Positions 13,301-26,700 of a DNA stretch of 64,000 nt are shown here, one piece after another. Within the stretch, counting starts at the first letter, position 1. Every line of letters starts with the position of its first letter. The position numbers and the translations under genes are program-made. The DNA lies in assembly GCF_006345805.1 (NCBI RefSeq), contig NC_043008.1:73904001-73968000 (forward strand), in the 5' to 3' direction. The notes beneath the pieces are model-generated. The model did not search any database and was not told the origin of the DNA. It worked only from the letters and a program-made list of their open reading frames with translations. This DNA is from Octopus sinensis. Lineage: Eukaryota.

Positions 13301-15785
13301 TATTCTATTTCCCGTTGTTTCTTTTTACTCACCTGAGAATTAGTTACCAGTCAACCCATCACATTCCCAATGTTACCCTTGTTTAACTCTGAGACGGTCC
13401 GGAGAGTAACCATGTCTACTTGCGACCACAAGGGCTGGTAGACAATTAACAAAATTATCGTAGATTCCACTAATCGCATATAATTTACAACCTTCATTGT
13501 ATAGAATTTACAGGGACAGCTGTGATATGGGTGTGGGCAGGCGTGTAAACGTCCATGCGGGATGAGCGTGTGGAGATGCATGTTTCTTGATGTATGGATA
13601 TTACTATAGCACAAAAAATTCAGTGCACAAGAAAATGAAAAAAGAATCCTTAGCATGAAGGGCTTTATTATATTTGAGTTGAAAAAAGTGTTGATTGTTA
13701 CTCTGATTTTCACGGTATCTATCAAATATCCGCTGTATCATTTATCTGACATCAGAGGTGCATATTCCCTACAAATAATTTTTTTCTTTTAATTTGACAG
13801 TTAATAATAGACAACAATAAACTGTGAAATTCGATCCATTATCATAAAAAAAGAAAGAAAACAGACTGATATCTTCGCAATATGGTATATTACAAGGGAA
13901 TATCGTTAATATAGTTAACTGCGAAAAAGCTTGCATTTAAAGTGACAAAAACTGCAATTAATTTCGCACGAATCTGTGTAAGATTGTGTGTGTCTCTAAA
14001 ATGGTGCAAATGCAAATGTAGTTTCGTTACTCTAAACTATTATAACGGTCACTCATCTGTGTCTATGTACAATGTAAATAATTTTGTTGGAGGACAAAGG
14101 ATGAGGTCAAGTGGTGAAACTAATGACAAAGCGTGCATACGTAAATGGTTCTTGCATCGTTATATTTTTTTACTTTTTTTTCATGTAAGAGAAACCTCTG
14201 ACATTCACGACTATTTTGTCGATGTAATAATAACTCAAAAATGATCTATCTTGGGTTTAATAAAATCTGTTAACAAAACTTGTTTTGTTTCTGTATTTTT
14301 GCCACGATCAATTGATAAATTTTTGATTTTCATTTCGATTCACTATTCAAAGAAAGTGAACATCACGAATTTTGGAATTATTTATAAAATCTATGAAAAA
14401 TATTTGATATTGTCACGATGTACGATGGTTTGTGAAAGGCGAAATATTTTAATCACACTGTGCAGATGAAATGCGAAACAAGTTCATTGGGTGAAATATT
14501 GTTTCATTGAACATATATTTAATATTAAATCGTGATATCATTTTAACGCTCATATTTTAAACAAAAATAGAATATAAATGAAACAACAATGACAACAAAC
14601 AAAATAAAATGATATAAACATTTAATTCATTACTTTGACATTGTTACTGGGAGCAAATTACAGTGTGTCACAACGAAAACAATTATAACTGTATAACAAC
14701 GACAGTATTATTATATTGTGTTTGGAGAATCGTAGCGCATCGGGTTGAATTAACATCAAGACGAGTAGAAAACACTGTTTCAATTCCTAGGCTAAATGTA
14801 ATTGGCTTTGCTTGCCAAAGTAATACTTGGAGATGTGTGAAAATCACAACAGCACATTTCTTTTCTTCCTAAATGTCGCACCATTATGACATATAAATAT
14901 TTTAAAATTTTGAAATACACGTAAGTCGAAACTACATGGCACCGCCATTGTTATACGACCATCTTTACTACATTCGTGAAGTTGCTGCCATCAATCAACT
15001 GAGGAATCCGTTGTATTTGGTTTCTAATTGTTGATTCTCTCAGTAGGAAGGATGTTCATTTATTAGGTTACTTTACAGTGAAGTATTTCAAGGAATTTTA
15101 ATGACGCGTTTCTCAAGAGAATTAACAGCGATCATAATATGCAATAATTCACTTTGCGTGTTCATTAAAGTGACCAGTACTATAACACGAAAGTAACGTT
15201 TCCGTACATTACAGGTTTTTGTTTCTCCGGAAACAAAATAAAAGTTTAGTTAGGAAAAGAAACGAGAATAATATTTGAAATTCATCTAAAATGTTTGTGA
15301 AAGTATACCGGTGCGTCGATTTTTTTTTATAAGAACACATGTTTTCAGACACTTTAACACAACTATTAACAACGTAAGCCCAAATGTAGAATCAGCAAAC
15401 TATAAATATATTCCTAATGTGCATCAATATTTCACAAATAGGGAAAATATATTCAACATACGACAAACGTAAGTCCAGTTTATCAACTCACACTATTCAC
15501 TCAGTAAACTTACAGGACAAACACAGCACACATACAACATTAAGTTCATAGCACAATACACATGCAGTACAAGACTGGTCGAACATAGTATTAACACAAC
15601 ACCACAACTTCATTAAGTACCAACGGAACATTAATACAGGGCAATCATAGCATTGGTACTCACCGATACCATCAAGACGTAAATATAACATCAACACATC
15701 TTCAATACTGTACAACAATAGCAGCAATATAACAACCATAAACGTTAGTAACAAATATATGGCATCCTACAATTAATTGGTAAAT

Positions 15786-16160
15786 ATTGATTTCAATTTT
15801 GGCATAAGGCCGAGCAACTTCGAGGAAGGAAGTAGGTCGATTATATTGATTCCAATGTTTAACTGCTACTTATTTTATCGTCCCCGAAAGGATGAAAGAC
15901 AAAGTCGACTCCTGCAGAATTTGAACTCGGTGCGTAATGACGGACGAAATGTCGCTGAGCAGTTTACCCGACACGATAATAATTCCGCCAGGTCACCGCC
16001 TTACAATTGGTAAATATTTGTTACAAATTGTTGGCACAAAGCCAACAGATTTGGATGAGGGGTTAAGTTGATTATATTGACCCTAGTGTTTCGCTGACAG
16101 ACGAAATACCACCGAGTATTTTGTTTGGCGTGCTAAAAATTCTGCTAGGTCACCAGCTTA
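15786..16160 (+). mobile_element. Two tandem SINE copies (central domain tcgaccccagt...ctggtacttattttatcgaccccgaaaggatgaaaggcaaagtcgacc)
   Basis: Matches the family seen at 18522, 22135, 27536, 35300 (minus) and 50073; the second copy is internally deleted. Confidence 0.8.
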
Positions 16161-18521
16161 GAATTGGTAAACATTGAAGATCTGTAAGAATTTTGTTTTC
16201 TTTCAAAAAACAAGAAGAATGACATTTCTAGGTGGTTACGAATTGCTTCTTGCTACACAAATTATGTCTTACCCCGTTGATCGATTTCACTTTTGTTTTG
16301 GCTATGACCACAACGTAGTGGATTTAACAGAATATGAACCAATGTGGAAACGTTAATGAGTTAGACCCCGCCCAGTCATCCCCCGTTCTCAACATAGGTC
16401 ACCTAAAATAAGTGATATTGTGTTTGAGACCGTTTGTGTTGCTATCTTCATATTAAATTCATTCCTAACACAAACAACTCCAGAGGCATATTTCGAAGCA
16501 AAGGGAAACATTTGTAGAGTAAACGTGATCGATGTAAGAATTTCGACGACGTTTTTCATCAAGTGATGCAGGAATAAGCGAAGGGGTCACTATATGTACA
16601 GTTGATAAGATTTACAAACAAGAATATGAGTGAGAGATCTTATTTCCGTCGTGTTGTACCAACAGACCTGAGCTCGGAAGTTTTTTATCAGTGATTATTC
16701 CGTCAATCTTGAACTCCATTACCTAATACTTTTCATTTGTTACAGACACCGGGTCGATGAGTGTTTAAAAGTTTCATGAAGGCGGCGTTGGTGGTAAATA
16801 TATCTGTACTCACATTTATGCAGACATAGTACTATTACTTTCTACGCAGACACATACAAAAACATACGCAGAAATGTTTTATATGCGTGTATATATGTAT
16901 GTGTGCAAATGTATGTGTACAATAGCGGTGGGGAAAGAAAGTAGAGTGTGTGTCAGATTATGTGCATTAATTCAAACTAACACATATACAATAGAATAGC
17001 ATTGCTGTTTCAGTCTTAGCTCTTTGAAAATTCAATCTTTCAGAATTTTCTTAAGCAAACATAATAAAGAAAATGGCATTCGAGGAATGGTTCACTTCTT
17101 GACCAAAATAGATTCGTGATTGATAGAGGGAAAAGAAAATTGAAATTTTCTCTGTCAAGCTCTAAGGATTAGTTTGAAAATCATATGCAAGTGACTTAAT
17201 AGAGTCTACTGCTTCAATATCGAATCTCCACTTTAACGGAGGTTAATCCACTTGATAGAGAATACTACTTAGCAGATGACCCGACCATCTGATTGAAATA
17301 CTTTTTCTCCTCATACACCGTGGTTTTATTGCAGGTCTTATATTTGCTTAAAGTAAATTAAAGGAACTTGCAGTTTTTGTGATGTGCGAGAATATCTCAT
17401 GATTCCTCGAGGATCGAGAAAATAACTCTCGTCTTTAGGACAAATCGATTATTCAAACAACGCTTCGTATTTTCCGATATCTATCAATCCAATCGTGTGT
17501 TACGGAAATATATCAGAACCACATTAAATGACGTCACCAGGCGTGTGTCTATGTAAGAGTCTGTGATTTATTGTTTATCTAAGAATGAACCACCCTGAGA
17601 GTAATTCAGTTTTCAATAACAAACTATGAGTTTTTATTTTCTTGAACTAATTTAAGGAGCGTTCAGTTTTTCTTTTACTATTGATTGTTATAGAATAATA
17701 GCAGCTAGACCAGAGCACCTAACTTTCATTGCAATGCTAAAATTACGTGACATACTTACGCTCGTGTCCAGATTATCAAAAACACTTCGATTCTGACTTA
17801 CAAGAAAAAATAGCAGCCTCCATATTACAATTTCCCACACTTGTCTAGGAAAAAAGCAGCTGCTAAACAAACATTGTAGGTTCAATTAATTGATACTATA
17901 AACTATTTGTCTGATCAACTCCGTTTTAACTGATTAACTTCAACAACTTGAATAATGATAATGTATCCTCTCATTGCTTCCTTTTCTGATACTGCAATAG
18001 TTACTTTTCCTTTGATCTTAGAATACGTTAACACTTCTATCGAAGTCAACGAGAGGACATGTCCCTATACATCATATAAATAATGCGTGTCCCTTAAATT
18101 GAACTCCTATGTCACGCGTTTAGATATATATTAATATTTAATATTTGAAAATAATTATTTTTTGTTAATGTAAATGAACATACTTCAGTCTAAGACAATT
18201 ATTCAAATATTTGCAACATGTACAGCTTACAGTGTAGCATTATACATCAAACATAGGTCTGACAATCAGAATCTTTCTTTTTTACAGACGTACACTGAAT
18301 CACATAGTAGTGTTTCTAGATAGAGTTGAAATTCTACGGTCGGTCATACAAATCAGCAATTCATTGACGTTGTCACTTAAATAACTACTTAACCACAAAA
18401 TACTAATGTAAACAGCTAAAAGCGTTTATCATTGGTATGCATAAAGCATTGGCCTGATATATGCTTCTCAGGCGTCATGTTGTTCACGACACAGTTTCTA
18501 TGTTATCTATGTAATATACGA

Positions 18522-18720
18522 GTTTCACATTTTGGCATGAGGTCAGCAATTGTAGGTCTGCGATAAGTCCATTACACCGACACCAGTGCTCAACTGGTAC
18601 TTATTTTATTGACTCTGAAAGGATTCCAGGCAAATTCGAACGAGGTGGCATTTGAATTCAGAACGTAAAGTCCGAAGAAATGTTGCGAAGCATATTTTTC
18701 TAGCACGATAACGATTCTCT
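18522..18720 (+). mobile_element. SINE copy, same family
   Basis: ccagtgctcaactggtacttattttattgactctgaaagga...ggcatttgaattcagaacgtaaag. Confidence 0.8.
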
Positions 18721-19409
18721 TATTATGACAACCGAATAATTGTTACGTATTATATTACAGATAAATTCCTCTATTTAAATAATATCGAGGTCTCTTTCAT
18801 TCTTTTATTGTCTTACCGATACTATTAGTATATGAATATATATATATACAACTTTGGCATTGCGAGGCGACGAATAGCCTTGTGTAGCCCTCAATGCACG
18901 TATGTTTGAGAATTTGAGAACAAAGTGATACATGAATATAGAGCGGTGGTGTGAAAGGGAGATGACAGGTAAAACGATCGTTATTTTATGAACTTTATTA
19001 GCTTACAACAGCTTCTGCTGTAAGATGTAGTGGATTGGTGGTTCAGTGCCTGAATATGTGGATATGCATATCATACGTGTATGTGTTTGTGTGTGTGCAT
19101 GTGTGTGCGTGTAAGCTTATTACACACACATATGTAAGCACATATATGTGCGTCTGTCTGTGCATGTGCGTCTGTCTGTGTGTTTGTGACTGTGTTTCTG
19201 CGTGCGTTTTGCGTGTGCGTGCGCATGTGTATATATAGTATACTTTTTCTAATTTGCCATGGGCAAAGAGGGGGTTTAGATAATGGGGGGGGGGGTGTTT
19301 TCAAAGGCTGGCATGTACAACCTGATCGCCTCTGCTTATCAAACTCCCAACCCATGCGCTACCTTCGCGACACTGATTCTGTAGAGCTGGGTTGGGTGTG
19401 AAAACCAAC

Positions 19410-19895
19410 TTTAAAGTATAAATATTGAATCAGCAAAATTGTGTTCGGTTAAGTCCTATTTGGGGTGAAAATCAATAAACTAATAAATGTGGTTTTCTAT
19501 TTAATCAGGATTAAAAAATATCGATAAACCGATTACTTATAGGATTTCCCAATAAAATTGGCTACACCCCATTTTCAACCATAACTTTTAACCAATTTTG
19601 ATGTATTTTGTCCAAGCTTGATGCCAGCATTTCTTAGGACTCAAGGGATCTTTAATGCTTTAAGTTCTCCAAAAACGAAAAAAATATCGATGAGTGGAAA
19701 AAATCGATAAACCCATTCCTTATGGGATTACCCAATCTAGTAGTCTGCAACTCATTTTCAGTCAAAAATTTACCAATTTCAACGGATTTCGCCCCGATTT
19801 GACGTCGATGTTACTTAGTTTGGTTTGAAATAAAGAACTTGATTAGCTTAATAATCCTAACTTAATCCCGGGCAAAGCCGGGCTATACTACTAGT
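19410..19895 (+). mobile_element. Non-autonomous Helitron-like element (3' end clear, 5' end unresolved)
   Basis: GC hairpin cccgggcaaagccggg (19867-19882) followed 8 nt later by CTAG|T (19891-19895), the canonical Helitron 3' terminus. An internal ~40-bp direct repeat lies at 19514-19553 and 19698-19736. Confidence 0.7.
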
Positions 19896-19989
19896 CATTC
19901 GATAATTGTTGCAAATATAAAGACGCCTTTACTCAGATGCTTACTTAACGATTTTTTCCACATATATAAATAAATGAGCAGATATCAAA

Positions 19990-21325
19990 ATGGCTGCCCC
20001 GCTGAAACTCCGCTAGAAACAAAAAGCAACAATTAAGTTCCTTGTTACCAAATGAGAAACTCCTGTGAATATTCACAAATCACTGAAAGATATTTACAAT
20101 GATGAAGTTTTAGAATACAATGATGTGTGCAGTGGACCCGCCGTCTGAATGCAAATTCAAAAGACCAAGAAGAATTGAGAAATCCATGCTTAAAAGACAC
20201 GTCTCTCGGAGCCTGCCCACCCCAACTTCTGTCAACCCTGCTAACAAGGAAAAGGCAGATGCTTTAATGAGAGCGTGTAGGTGCATAACGACTGATGATC
20301 TGGCATCAAAGCTTGAAGTTACACACGACATTATTGTGTTACTTGAATATTCAAAAGAGTACGTCTGCTAAGATACAAAAGAACGGATAGAGGATCACAG
20401 GACTGAAATGGCTACCTGTTGCGTAGAGCTTGATTCTCTGAGACAAAGTCTTCCTTCAAAGGCCCATAATTGGTTATGGAACTTTGATTCAACATTATGA
20501 ATCAGAATCAAAAATACAGTCGATGGTATGTCGTCATCCAATAGTTCATATATTAGGTTGGTGCATAGTTATTGCGGATCTTTTAAATTTCAACAAATTT
20601 TATTCAACAAAAACAATAATAATATTTAGCAAAACATCTTTAAATGACGGTCTGACCGTCTGCCAAGCAAATGGGAAGCATTATTCGAAGAAGGTGGTGA
20701 ATATGCTCCGGAATAAAAATTAAAGATATTTTTGTTACATGTTTTTTTTTTTCGCTGAATAAATTTGTTGAAAAAAAGCCGCAATAATTATGCACCAACC
20801 CAATACAAAGTTAAAGGCGGAAAAGTCAGCTGAAAAAATTCACGGTTACTGTTATGGGATGGTTAAGGTGTTATTCTCGATTTCTTGCCAAGAGAAGAAA
20901 CAATCAACTATGAATCATACATTAAAGCCCTTAAAAGACTTAGAGCAAAATCTGATGAGTAAATACAAATTTAAAGGTGAATAAACATCTTCAACACGAT
21001 AACGCCCGGCCTCACTCAAGCTTTAGTAAAAGGCGCCAAGCACGTGCTTGGGGTGGACAACTTTATTGCTTTATGCTTTATACTTATGCTTTATACTTAT
21101 ACTTTATGCTTTCTACTCAGAATTTCATCTCTTTGGTCCAATGAAAGAGGCAGTGAAAAAAGCAGTGAGAAGCGAATATCATGGTGGTGATGAAGAAGTC
21201 AAAGCTGCTGCAGGAAATTGGCTACGTCAGCAGTCATCTGAGTTTTACGGAGTTGGGATACATGTCCTCATTCGTATGTGGCACACTGCTAACAAATGAG
21301 GTAATGACTATGTTCAGAAGTATAG
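19990..21325 (+). pseudogene. Decayed mariner (DD34D) transposase interrupted by a MITE
   Basis: MAAPLKLR*KQKATIKFLV...PVNIHK..KDIY N-terminus, HYESESKIQSM, QHDNARPHS, EFHLFGPMKEAV...EEVKAAAGNWLRQQSSEFY, with many stops and frameshifts. Confidence 0.85.
20553..20803 (+). mobile_element. 251-bp mariner MITE (internal deletion derivative) with TA target-site duplication
   Basis: TIRs ttaggttggtgcatagttattgcgg / ccgcaataattatgcaccaacccaa, extending imperfectly to ~55 bp, with TA on both sides. The interior encodes a mariner C-terminus (DRLPSKWEALFEEGGEYAPE*). Confidence 0.92.
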
Positions 21326-21924
21326 ATATGAGCTTACTTGTTAAAGAGTTCAGTTGTTAAAGCCATGGCTACGTTATCGATGTCTCTAATTATCTGAGAA
21401 GGCAATGGAACTCCACTCTACACGAAATGGTGCTTGATAAACTGATAAACATATTTGATATTTAGTTAATATTGTCTTGTCCTTGCAACGTCTGTATTTC
21501 TAATTATTTTCGGGGTATTAATTACATTAAATATATTATCACTGAATTATTGTTTTAAAAACAGATGGTGTCGCTGAGTAATTATCTTTGGTGATATATT
21601 TGTTTACAAAAATTGGACAGTATAATAATTATTCGTGTCTTCTACTGTTTCTGCGGTTTACGGCAACTCTTGTATTATAATCAATACCATACATTATAAT
21701 CACTGCCATCCATTACATCAATGCTACATACATTATTACTACCATACATTATAATCGTTACGATATCTGCCATAGTCCTCAAAGCTAATATGTAAGCAAG
21801 TATCTAAAATACTTGCTTTGCTGCGGCTATTACCATCTCCTGTTTGCAATATTGTTTTACAGTAACACAAAAGTCACATATATTTTTATTTGTCCTATGG
21901 CAAAAAAGTCCTTTTAAATTGTGT

Positions 21925-22295
21925 GGGTAGGAGCTAAGTCGATTACATAACCCCCCACCACCACCACCACTACCAACACTAGTGTTCAAATAGCACTTAT
22001 TTTGTCGACCTCGAAACGATGTAAGGCAACGTCAACTTCCGTGGAATTTGAAAATAGACAGACGAAATACCTATTTCTTTACTACCCACAAGGGGCTAAA
22101 CACAGAGAGAACAAACAAGGACAGACAAACGGATTAAGTCGATTATATCGACCCCAGTGCGTAACTGGTACTTATTTAATCGACCCCGAAACGATGAAAG
22201 GCAAAGTCGACCTCGGCGGAATTTGAACACAGAACGTAAAGGAAGACGAAATACGGCTACGCATTTCGCCTGGCGTGCTAACATTTCTGCCAACC
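21925..22295 (+). mobile_element. Two adjacent SINE copies (second is well preserved)
   Basis: 22135-22290 reads aagtcgattatatcgaccccagtgcgtaactggtacttatttaatcgaccccgaaacgatgaaaggcaaagtcgacctcggcggaatttgaac. Confidence 0.85.
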
Positions 22296-23783
22296 GAACG
22301 TTATACGTGTGAATGTGTGTGTGTGTGCGTGTGTGTGAATGTGTGTGGATATATATATATATATGTGTGTGTGTGTATGTATATACACATGTATAAGTCA
22401 TTATTTTAGTGCACAGGCTTCGATGACACATTAGTGTTACTAATGTTAAACTATTACAAATTTGATTAACCTTAAATGGTTCGAGGTCAGATTCGACCAT
22501 ATTTTTATAAATTGTCCAAAATTGCCATTTCACTTTTCAACCCAACAGCCATAGATTTCTTCGTTATAACTACAAAAGGAATATACCAAATGACATGAAA
22601 CACTTTTATTTACAAAATATTTGCTTCTCGGATGTCACTTTAAATTATATCTGAAATGAAATATAATACTCTGTTTTTATATTTTGCTATATTGCTTGCT
22701 TGAAAGGCTGAGGTTTCTCATTTGTAGACAGTTGTAAATTTGCCAACCCCAGCGATATAGGGCATTTAAATCATTGATATTTCTCGGAGCAAATTGAGAA
22801 ATAAATCAGCATGAGCTATAAGCAGACAGGTAAATACTAATATTTGAAAGAAAGAGAGACTGGCCAGGTGACACATTATTCATAATACATTTTTATACAA
22901 TATTTTAATAATATAATTTCATGTATACCCATTCACCATCATTCCTTATGTCTGTTCAATTGTTAAGGGAAACACAAGCCAACGACTGAAAATTTATACA
23001 AAATACTATATACGACACAATTTCTAGAAGAGCGTCGGAACGTTCGGAAATAACTTGTTATATTTGTTAATTTATTGAAATTATTTCAACAGAAGCAGGG
23101 GTGTGTAAGTCATTTGCAATAAATTTAAGAAGAATGCTATTATGAACGAAAATAAAACTGGTTTACAACAAAGAATATTTTATGCTTTTAGGAAGTTTCG
23201 AAATGAAAAAAAGAAACAAACACACACATAGAGAAATGTTTTTATACGATTCCGTGTCAGGTGACAAAAATATAAATCAAGCGTTAACAATTTGTTTTAC
23301 GTTAGATAGTTTGCTATAATGGAAAGCCAAAGGATTTTCCCTTACAGCTTGTCTCACTTTGTCTGCGAATGCCAAATACAATGTTAATGACAATACATAA
23401 TTTTATCACAAATATTTCGAAACAATTAATGAAATATAAAAATATGTAATTGATTTAGAATTGTTTCTGTTTACGAAGTTAAGTGTTGAAGGTTTACAAT
23501 GTCTCCTCTAGTGATGTTCTGTGTCTCAGACCTGGGTAGGCAAAGCTCAGAAGCTAATTCAGTAAATAGTAAATCAGTAAGTCGTAGTAGTTATCAATGG
23601 AAAAGATGAAATGAGAAGAGATACCCTACAAATTAATTTTCCTTCCTTAGATACATTGCTATCATTTATAAAGTAATCTCATTTATAAAGTAAGTGGCTC
23701 AACAGTGAATGAAAATCATGCTACTCAATTGCATACATCAGCTGTAACAAACCCAAACTCGCAGAAATTCGATATAGTAATGA

Positions 23784-26700
23784 ATGAAAGCAGTTTTTAG
23801 GCATAATCTATCAACTACAACAACAGCTGTACTCCATACAGACGACTCAGCAAAACCAGGCAACATTGATACAAAGGCTGACACCTGGGCTTACAGGGCA
23901 CATACAACAAATACAGACAGCCCAGCAGACCGAACATCCAGTCAGCACAGTCCCAGCAACTACAACAGTCTTGCCAACAATAGGGCAGATGTATCCGGTA
24001 CAACAAGCATAATAACAGCAAATATCCAGGGTCTTTATCCGAAAACAAAACAGTGTAAAGTCCCTTTCTTGGAAGAATTAGCAACAGAAAACAACTCCAA
24101 AATAATTGGAATTACTGAAAGTCATCTCAACGAAAACATCCGCAACAGCGAAATCACAATCAATAGATTCAACATCTTCAGATGTGATAGACAAGGCAGA
24201 TCCCATGGGGGCGTTATCATGTATATCCATGATACCTATGCATGCATGGAACTTGTCAATGAATCAAATGCCTACTGCAACCTGCTGTGCATAAAAATCA
24301 TCCAACTTAATACAGTTGTAACAATAATGTACAGACCGCCAAACAGCCCAACATTATCCTTCACTGAGCCACTAACAAAGCTCCAACAAATTCTGGGAAA
24401 CATGGCGAGTCCAATGCCAGACATTATCCTCCTTGGTGACTTCAACTTCCCTAACATCATCTGGCCACATGGACACATACTAAAACTGGGGACAAAAGCT
24501 GAACAAATACAGGCAGCCAAACTGTTGGAAGTCACAGAGAACTTATACCTCAAACAAATGATGACAGAAGCAACAAGAAATAATAATACGATCGACTTGG
24601 TTTTCACCAACAACGAGGACACGCTATTTGACCTTCACTCAACCCCAACAATCCTTTCAGACCACAATATTATTGAAATGCATTTACACATTGGTAATGA
24701 GCCCAATGTCACAACTCTTAAACAAAAGGACATGCCAAAGCTATGCAGGTATGATTATCACCAGGCAAATTGGGAAACTATTAACAACCAGTTACAAATC
24801 ATTGACTGGGATCTCTACCTTACTGGGCCAGATAAACACAAGAAATTCTTAAACAAGATCGAAGAAATATGTGCAGAAAATATTCCTCTAAAGAAAACCA
24901 AGTCCACAAAAAAACCTGTACCACGGGAGCGAAAGATCCTGATGCGCAAAAGGTCAAGACTAAGAAACAAAACATCTAAGCTGACATCAAAACATGAATT
25001 ACAGAAAGTCCTTGACCAAATATACAGATTAGAAGACAATCTAAAACAACACTATGATGAAGAACGTAACAATGCAGAAAAGAGAGCCATAGAAAACATC
25101 AAGAAAAATCCAAAATGTTTCTACAGTTTTGCAAAGAAATACTCGAATACCAAGTCAACAATAGGACCTCTCCAGAGACAAAATGGGGATGTAGTGAATA
25201 ACCCTTTTGAAATGGCAGAAATGTTGGGTCAACAGTATGAAAGTGTCTTCAGTGAGCCATCTAAAACCATGAAGATCCATGACCCAGGAAAATTCTTCAA
25301 GGATATCGACCATACTAAACCTACCCTATCCGACATTGATTTCAACCCAGAGGACATAGAAAGAGCCATAGACAAGCTCTCCATGCACTCGGCTGCGGGG
25401 CCTGACGGTTTCAATGCCATGATACTTAAAAACTGCAAGGTACAATTGTTGAAACCCCTTTACATGATATGGAGGGAATCTATGGAGAATGGCAAAATAC
25501 CAAATACATATAAAGAAGCACACATAACTCCAATACATAAAGCGGACAGCAAATCAAAACCAAAGAACTACCGACCAATCTCACTGACATCACACATTAT
25601 CAAGGTCTTCGAAAGAATAGTTCGTGGAAAACTGGTTGAGTTCCTGGAATCCAACAATCTGATGAATTGCAACCAGCATGGATTCAGGTTAGGTAGATCA
25701 TGTCTTTCCCAACTACTGGCACACCATGACCAAATCCTAGAAAATCTAGAGAATGGATACAACACAGATGTTATTTACCTCGACTTTGCCAAGGCATTTG
25801 ACAAGGTAGATCATGGCATCCTGGGTCACAAACTTCGAAAGCTAGGAGTAGGAGGAAAAGTTGGTACATGGATACATGAGTTCCTTACAAATAGAACTCA
25901 AACAGTCACTGTGAATGGAACCCATTCAACACCATCACCTGTGACCAGCAGTGTTCCTCAGGGTACAGTACTCGGCCCAATCCTGTTTCTCATCCTCATC
26001 TCTGACATAGATGAAGATACAACCAGCAATGTCTCATCCTTTGCTGATGACACCAGGGTCATGAGACAAATCAAAGACGAGGTGGATACAGAGGCCTTAC
26101 AAAAGGACCTGACCACCATATATAAATGGCAGGAAACAAACAACATGTTGTTCAATGATAAGAAGTTTGAACTAATTCGCTACGGAACTGATCAAGATCT
26201 GAAAAATACAACAAACTACAGAAACCCACCAGGACAACAAATAATGGAAAAACAGTATGTGAAAGATTTAGGCATCCACATGGGAACCAACCTAAAATTC
26301 AGAGAACACCTTGACTCAGTCTGTCTTACTGCAAGAAAGTACAGCGGGTGGATCTTGCGCACCTTCAAATCAAGAGATACCTCAACAATGATAACCCTCT
26401 GGAACAGTATGATACTTCCAAGGATTGACTACTGTTCTCAGTTGTGGTCACCAACAACAAAGGGCCAACTATCTAAGATGGAATCGCTCCAAAGAAATTT
26501 TACCTCATATTTCTCAGAAACGAGGGACCTGGACTATTGGCAAAGACTCAAAACCTTGAGGATGTACTCAATAGAAAGAAGATTTGAGCGATACCGAATT
26601 ATATACATTTGGAAAACGATAGAGCAAAAGGTGCCAAACTTTGGTATCAAAACCTACCACTCACTCCGCCACGGAAGACGCTGCCAGCTACCACCAATCA

